Below the pieces are notes generated by a model. The model searched no databases. It saw nothing but the letters and a program-made list of their open reading frames with translations, and was not told the DNA's origin. Positions 59,308 through 64,000 of a stretch of DNA of 64,000 nt are shown here, in pieces (position 1 is the first letter of the stretch; every line of letters begins with the position of its first letter). The position numbers and the translations under genes are program-made. Source of the DNA: Lingula anatina. Taxonomy: Eukaryota > Animalia > Brachiopoda. Where the stretch lies: the NCBI GenBank assembly GCA_051362555.1, contig CM120642.1, positions 14,446,001 to 14,510,000 on the forward strand, given 5' to 3'.

Positions 59308-61822
59308 ACGTAATGACGTTAGGTATGGAAAGTTCATAAAAGTTTTTTTAACTCTGAAATTAAAATGCTTGTTAACTTTTAGTAACACCTGATCATATGC
59401 ACCCTTTACATATCTGTGGATTATTTTCAAATGCCCTAGGGCTGGGGACGATTTTTTTTTTTTTTTTTTTTTTTTGACAACGTTAATATTTTTCAAATTA
59501 TTAATATTTAAACAGTAAATAATATAAGTAGAATATCCAACATCTTTCTTTTCGATCCCACGTCCAAAGAACAATGTACATTTGATAACATCATGACATA
59601 CCAACACGCACTATACCTATTTGCATTTCACATGATATTTTTTATTGTAAATCATCCATCACTTACAGCTGTTTATGCTTTACCCCCGTGTTATTATTTG
59701 TCACTTAGTTCGGAGAAGAGCAGCATCATTGTACATATATTCTTTTGGGATCATCCATTAATTGATCAACACAGAAGCCTGCTAATATCCCCAATGTCTC
59801 TTTGCCCAAAGAGTGGGCGTGTAGTGATTGTGATGCGCCTAAATTGTGTGTTTATGGATCTTTTTTCATGTAAGTCAGCCTTACACACAGACACTGAAAA
59901 TGAGAACACGCTAAACTCTAAACTAAAACTAAACTAAACAGATGAGTGTCTCAAAAACAAATATCAAGAGGTGCAAGAAAGAGTCTAGTATGTCTCAGTC
60001 ACTTCATACATCTATTGATATTTTGCCTACACAAAAATTAACTAAGGCGTAGTCATCGGCTAGTATCTAGTACGCCGGCCTTCGTGCCATCTCCGAAGAG
60101 ACTGACTGCGGTTATTATGGCTGACCACTAAGTGTCCATTATAAGTTATAACATTTAATCATCCCCCACATGATGAAGGGTCAGTACACAGTGTAAATTA
60201 GAAATTATAATAAGGAAACACGAAAAGTAATCTGGTACCGCGCGTCCCTGGATTGCGACGCATCTCCCTCCAAGCGTTGAACTGCTACAATGTATGTAAT
60301 AATACCTATGGCATTTACCTTGAAGGAGGGCGTGGAGGCGCGCAAGGCATTTTTCACGAAGAAATTTTTACTTTATTTGGTTTGTAGTAAGCGTTGTATT
60401 CCACAGCTTCATTTATACCCCCCACCCCTACAGCACCGAGAAAAAAATTCTGACGGCAAATTTAGGAAATAAGGATATATGCAATGAAATCAACTGAATA
60501 AACTTGAAGTCAGCGTTGGGTCCTGCAGAGTGAACCAAACATTTTTTGCAGCAGTTTACTTTTCTAAACAAGCGCAAACACTTAACACAATCTGAATATT
60601 AGTTCTTGAACTCCATTGTTTTTCTATTGCAAATTGAATCCAAACCCCCCAGGTATTGCAAACCAATAGACAAGTTCATCCGTACTACCTGACAAGCGCC
60701 ATGCCATGTTACGCATCTATGAGTAGCTGCTGAAATATTGACACGAACTATGCGGGTTTCTATAATTTCCTACATCATCTGACAGGTCACACTGTTATTA
60801 CCCTTCCAAATGCCAATCACACGATGTTCTAACTTACCAAGAGACTTCATAATCGTATCGGCCTGGCAATCCTGTTTCCCCTACAGTGGCACAGTCAAAA
60901 ATGAGCGCATTCCAGATCTATGCATCTATTGCATTTGCATTTTAACTACGCCATTTCGATATTCGATTACATACTAGGGGACCCCGGCACGAAAAACAGT
61001 GTGACATCCACAAGTTTCACCTGCCGGTCTAGTGTATAATTAATGTTCACCAGTCAGACATAGTTTGATTAAATCTAATGCACCAAGCACATGTACAATT
61101 AAACATTCAGCATAGAAGAACTCGGGCAAATGCACTTGGCCTGTTGTATCTGCCTTCAAGTAATGACTTCTCCCCTGCAAATGGGAGTATTCCGTTATCT
61201 TATGAGAAATGTTCTCTGTTTAACAAAATAATGCTTCAGCTAAAGAAATGGTATAAACCGATACCTGACATTGTAATGTAAAATACTCATGTAACGCATG
61301 CCTCTTTATCCGTTTGGAAATTCAAGTAAACTATTTGTGTTCATAAACTTGACAGAGTACTTGGGTTTCATGGTGTAAAAGAGCTTTTTCCTAACTGTTA
61401 CTCAATACTAATATTCTTATATACCTTTTAACCGTTTGGCTTACTCTAACCACACAAAATACTAAATCACAATTTCAAATAAAAAATGAAAAAAAAAATT
61501 AAAGAAATATGAGAAATCAAGAGAAACGGAGAACTGAGAGAAAGAGAGGGGCAGACGAGGGGAAAATACAGAAAGGTGAAGAGGATAAGAGAAATGGCTC
61601 TTACGCGCCCCGTTTTACTTGACTGATTCATCGCCATCTGCTCAAGTTTTTTGTTTTGTGACAACCTAGGACCCAAAATATCTTCTCTCCTAGGAGACAA
61701 CTAATGTGACACTGTTCTTGCGTATGTCTTTTAATCCAATCAATGAAAGTGGACAGACGTTCTGTGCAGACACTTCTCAATTATTACTAACTTTGAAGAA
61801 CCAGACATTGGTTAATAATTTA

Positions 61823-62262
61823 AGACCCCATTTCCAGAGATTAGATCGATTTACGTTAGATCGACCTAACTCCCTGGGGATTCACGCTAAATAGCTGTCA
61901 GCCGGGCGGACACGAAAGTTAATATTATCCCCTTACAGCTTGTAGTAGGCGGGACGGACATTTAAGTCGGATTATCTGAAAGTAATCTAGTGAGACTCCC
62001 CGCGGGGATAGATCGATCTAAAATCTATGGGAATAGAGCCTAACACCCCATTCTCATAGATTAGATCGACCTACATTGGATCGACCTAACTCCCTGGGGG
62101 TTCACGCTAAATAGCTGTCAGCCGGGCGGACACGAAAGTTAATTACCCCTTATAGCTTGTAGTAGGCGGGGACGGACACTTAAGGCGGATTATCTGACAG
62201 TAATCTAGTGAGACTCCCCGCGGTGATAGATCGATCTAAAAGTTGTGAGAACAGAGCCTTAG
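61823..62262. mobile_element. Head-to-tail tandem pair of a ~220-bp MITE
   Basis: Units ~61823-62042 and ~62043-62262 share gatcgacctaactccctgggg...ttcacgctaaatagctgtcagccgggcggacacgaaagttaat...tagtgagactcccc...gatagatcgatctaaaa. Related to 12945-13193. Confidence 0.85.
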
Positions 62263-64000
62263 ACTCACTCGTCAACTATGACATAAGGACATCTTCTCAG
62301 TCTGTGAAAGCGACTATGCTTAAACTAATGGTGTGTGACGTGAAGCGATACCTGGGCGCTCTCGCACCTTGATCACTGCGACGAGACTGTCAGGAGATCT
62401 TGGCCTCTCAGGCCTTTCTCTCTAATAAATCTTGATATGATATTTATCTTTGAGATGTTGGACGTCGCTGTTATCACCCAGTTTTATTATCGGATCATCA
62501 TTTTCTGAGATAAAGAAAATGGTTGTCCTCTTAAGTGATGGGAGGACTTACATTGATTCGTGTTGGTATTTCCTAAGCAATTTGGCTATACACAAGTGCT
62601 GTGACTCATGCTTGAAGCCATATCTTTTCTAAATATAAATAAATGGCATTCCTATCTAAAATCGCCTGCTTTTGGTCATCGTGTATATTTAGCAGATTTT
62701 ATCGAATGAAAATTAAAGTTTCTGTGAGCATTAAAATATTGCCTTCAACGTTACAGCATACCATTCTTGTGCTATGAAACTGCAATCTCATCACAGAAAA
62801 CAAGTTTACATAGGCCATTCGCTGCTGACGTGACGACTAATCTTACCTCAATATAGCAATTTTAGTGTTTTGGAATTGTTTTTTTCTTTTTCCGCAACAG
62901 TACCAGAAATGAACTCTCTAAACTGACGTATTTCTGTATGGATGGACAAGCAAACCTTCATTTCGATTTCCCGATAAACATTTAATGTATATGCCAAACG
63001 TTAAACATTCAACGAACCATAGCTATAACACTAGAAAACACTAAAGTAGATGAAAGCTCGCTTGGTTTGCTTTGTAAGATAAATTTCCATCTACCTGATA
63101 ATTTCAACCTACATATTTTTTAAGTAGCTAATGGAATCATCGATGCCAATTTTGGGAGACAAAGGCCGTGTTTACTAGCGACGACAGTGACGACACAAGA
63201 CGACAAGTTAAAGTAAGTCCTGTTGTAAAAAAAACTGTTAATTTCGGGTTCTGAACACTTGGCCATGTCTTTGAATTTTAAATGCCTAGATTTCATTGAG
63301 ATTCTTGATTTCATGTAATGTGCAAACGGAGAACGTTAGTTCTATGACAGAAGAGAGAAATAAAACTCTCCAGTATACCACGCAATTTATTGAATCAAAA
63401 AAACACACATGTAAGTTGTTCGATAAGACTTTGAACACTTGATACAATATGCCTTCACGCGTGAACGCATATAGCATGAACATAGAAACCAGCTGGGTTT
63501 TGCAATATCAACAGTGAAACTCGTAGGAATCAATAATGAATCCCAGGAAAGACCATTGTTCGGGACACCACAGAGCAAACATTGGCACTGTCCGTTTGAA
63601 AGACATGTATAACGTTGAACTCTGTATACATGTCGGTTTAGATAAGGGATGTTTACTCTTAACTCTGAAACGTTTCAAGACGAAATACTTCAAGTTGAAG
63701 GAGTGCAGTGAAAGTATACTCTCTACCAGGGTGACAGATTGATTTTTCACAGATATTCACAAATATGTCTCTAGATAAATAGACAGTCATTTGGCTGTGT
63801 GTGGATTTTTCCGTTTTTCCCTATATAACCTGCCACCCTGGAAGAGGGTAGTGAAGGTACATCACAGGGATCGATGCAGAAGATAGCCCAGAGACATAGG
63901 GTTTCCATAAAAGATTGCCTGTTTGGTATGTCTAACACGGCGTGAAATGGCCGTTCCGCCACCGGGTAACGCAATATCGATGCTCTTTCATAATCAGGTA

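Noticed and set aside
57400-64000. Short ORFs of 60-115 aa in the right-hand intergenic region
   Set aside because: No recognisable domains or consistent exon chain. Lengths are as expected by chance, and many use non-ATG starts.

Overview
AT-rich, intron-rich eukaryotic DNA, most likely an invertebrate metazoan (inference), so most short ORFs in the track are noise or exon fragments. Contents, left to right: (1) the 3' part of NSDHL (+, 1-14224), whose 10.3-kb intron holds an intronless, same-strand LRR-Ig-mucin stalk-TM receptor gene (4737-6653); (2) a nested MITE/foldback element just behind the NSDHL stop; (3) a complete ~46-exon C2CD3 (-, 15927-36213) head-to-head with a complete 14-exon PPME1 (+, 36503-46156), the same arrangement I recall at human 11q13.4; together they carry three minor-spliceosome (U12) introns, two AT-AC and one GT-AG, plus at least one GC-AG intron; (4) a 3.86-kb P-element-like unit with 31-bp perfect TIRs, a 7-bp TSD and an apparently non-coding spliced cassette; (5) a 5'-truncated Rex1/Babar-like LINE; (6) a second LRR gene with VLR-like architecture (-, 55829-57004); (7) several MITEs, a HINE and microsatellites. 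I found no CRISPR, rRNA or tRNA, and no clearly new biological system. The best leads are the U12-rich conserved gene pair, the nested LRR receptor, the P-like element cargo and the 3'-UTR foldback. Protein similarities were recognised from memory, not by search.
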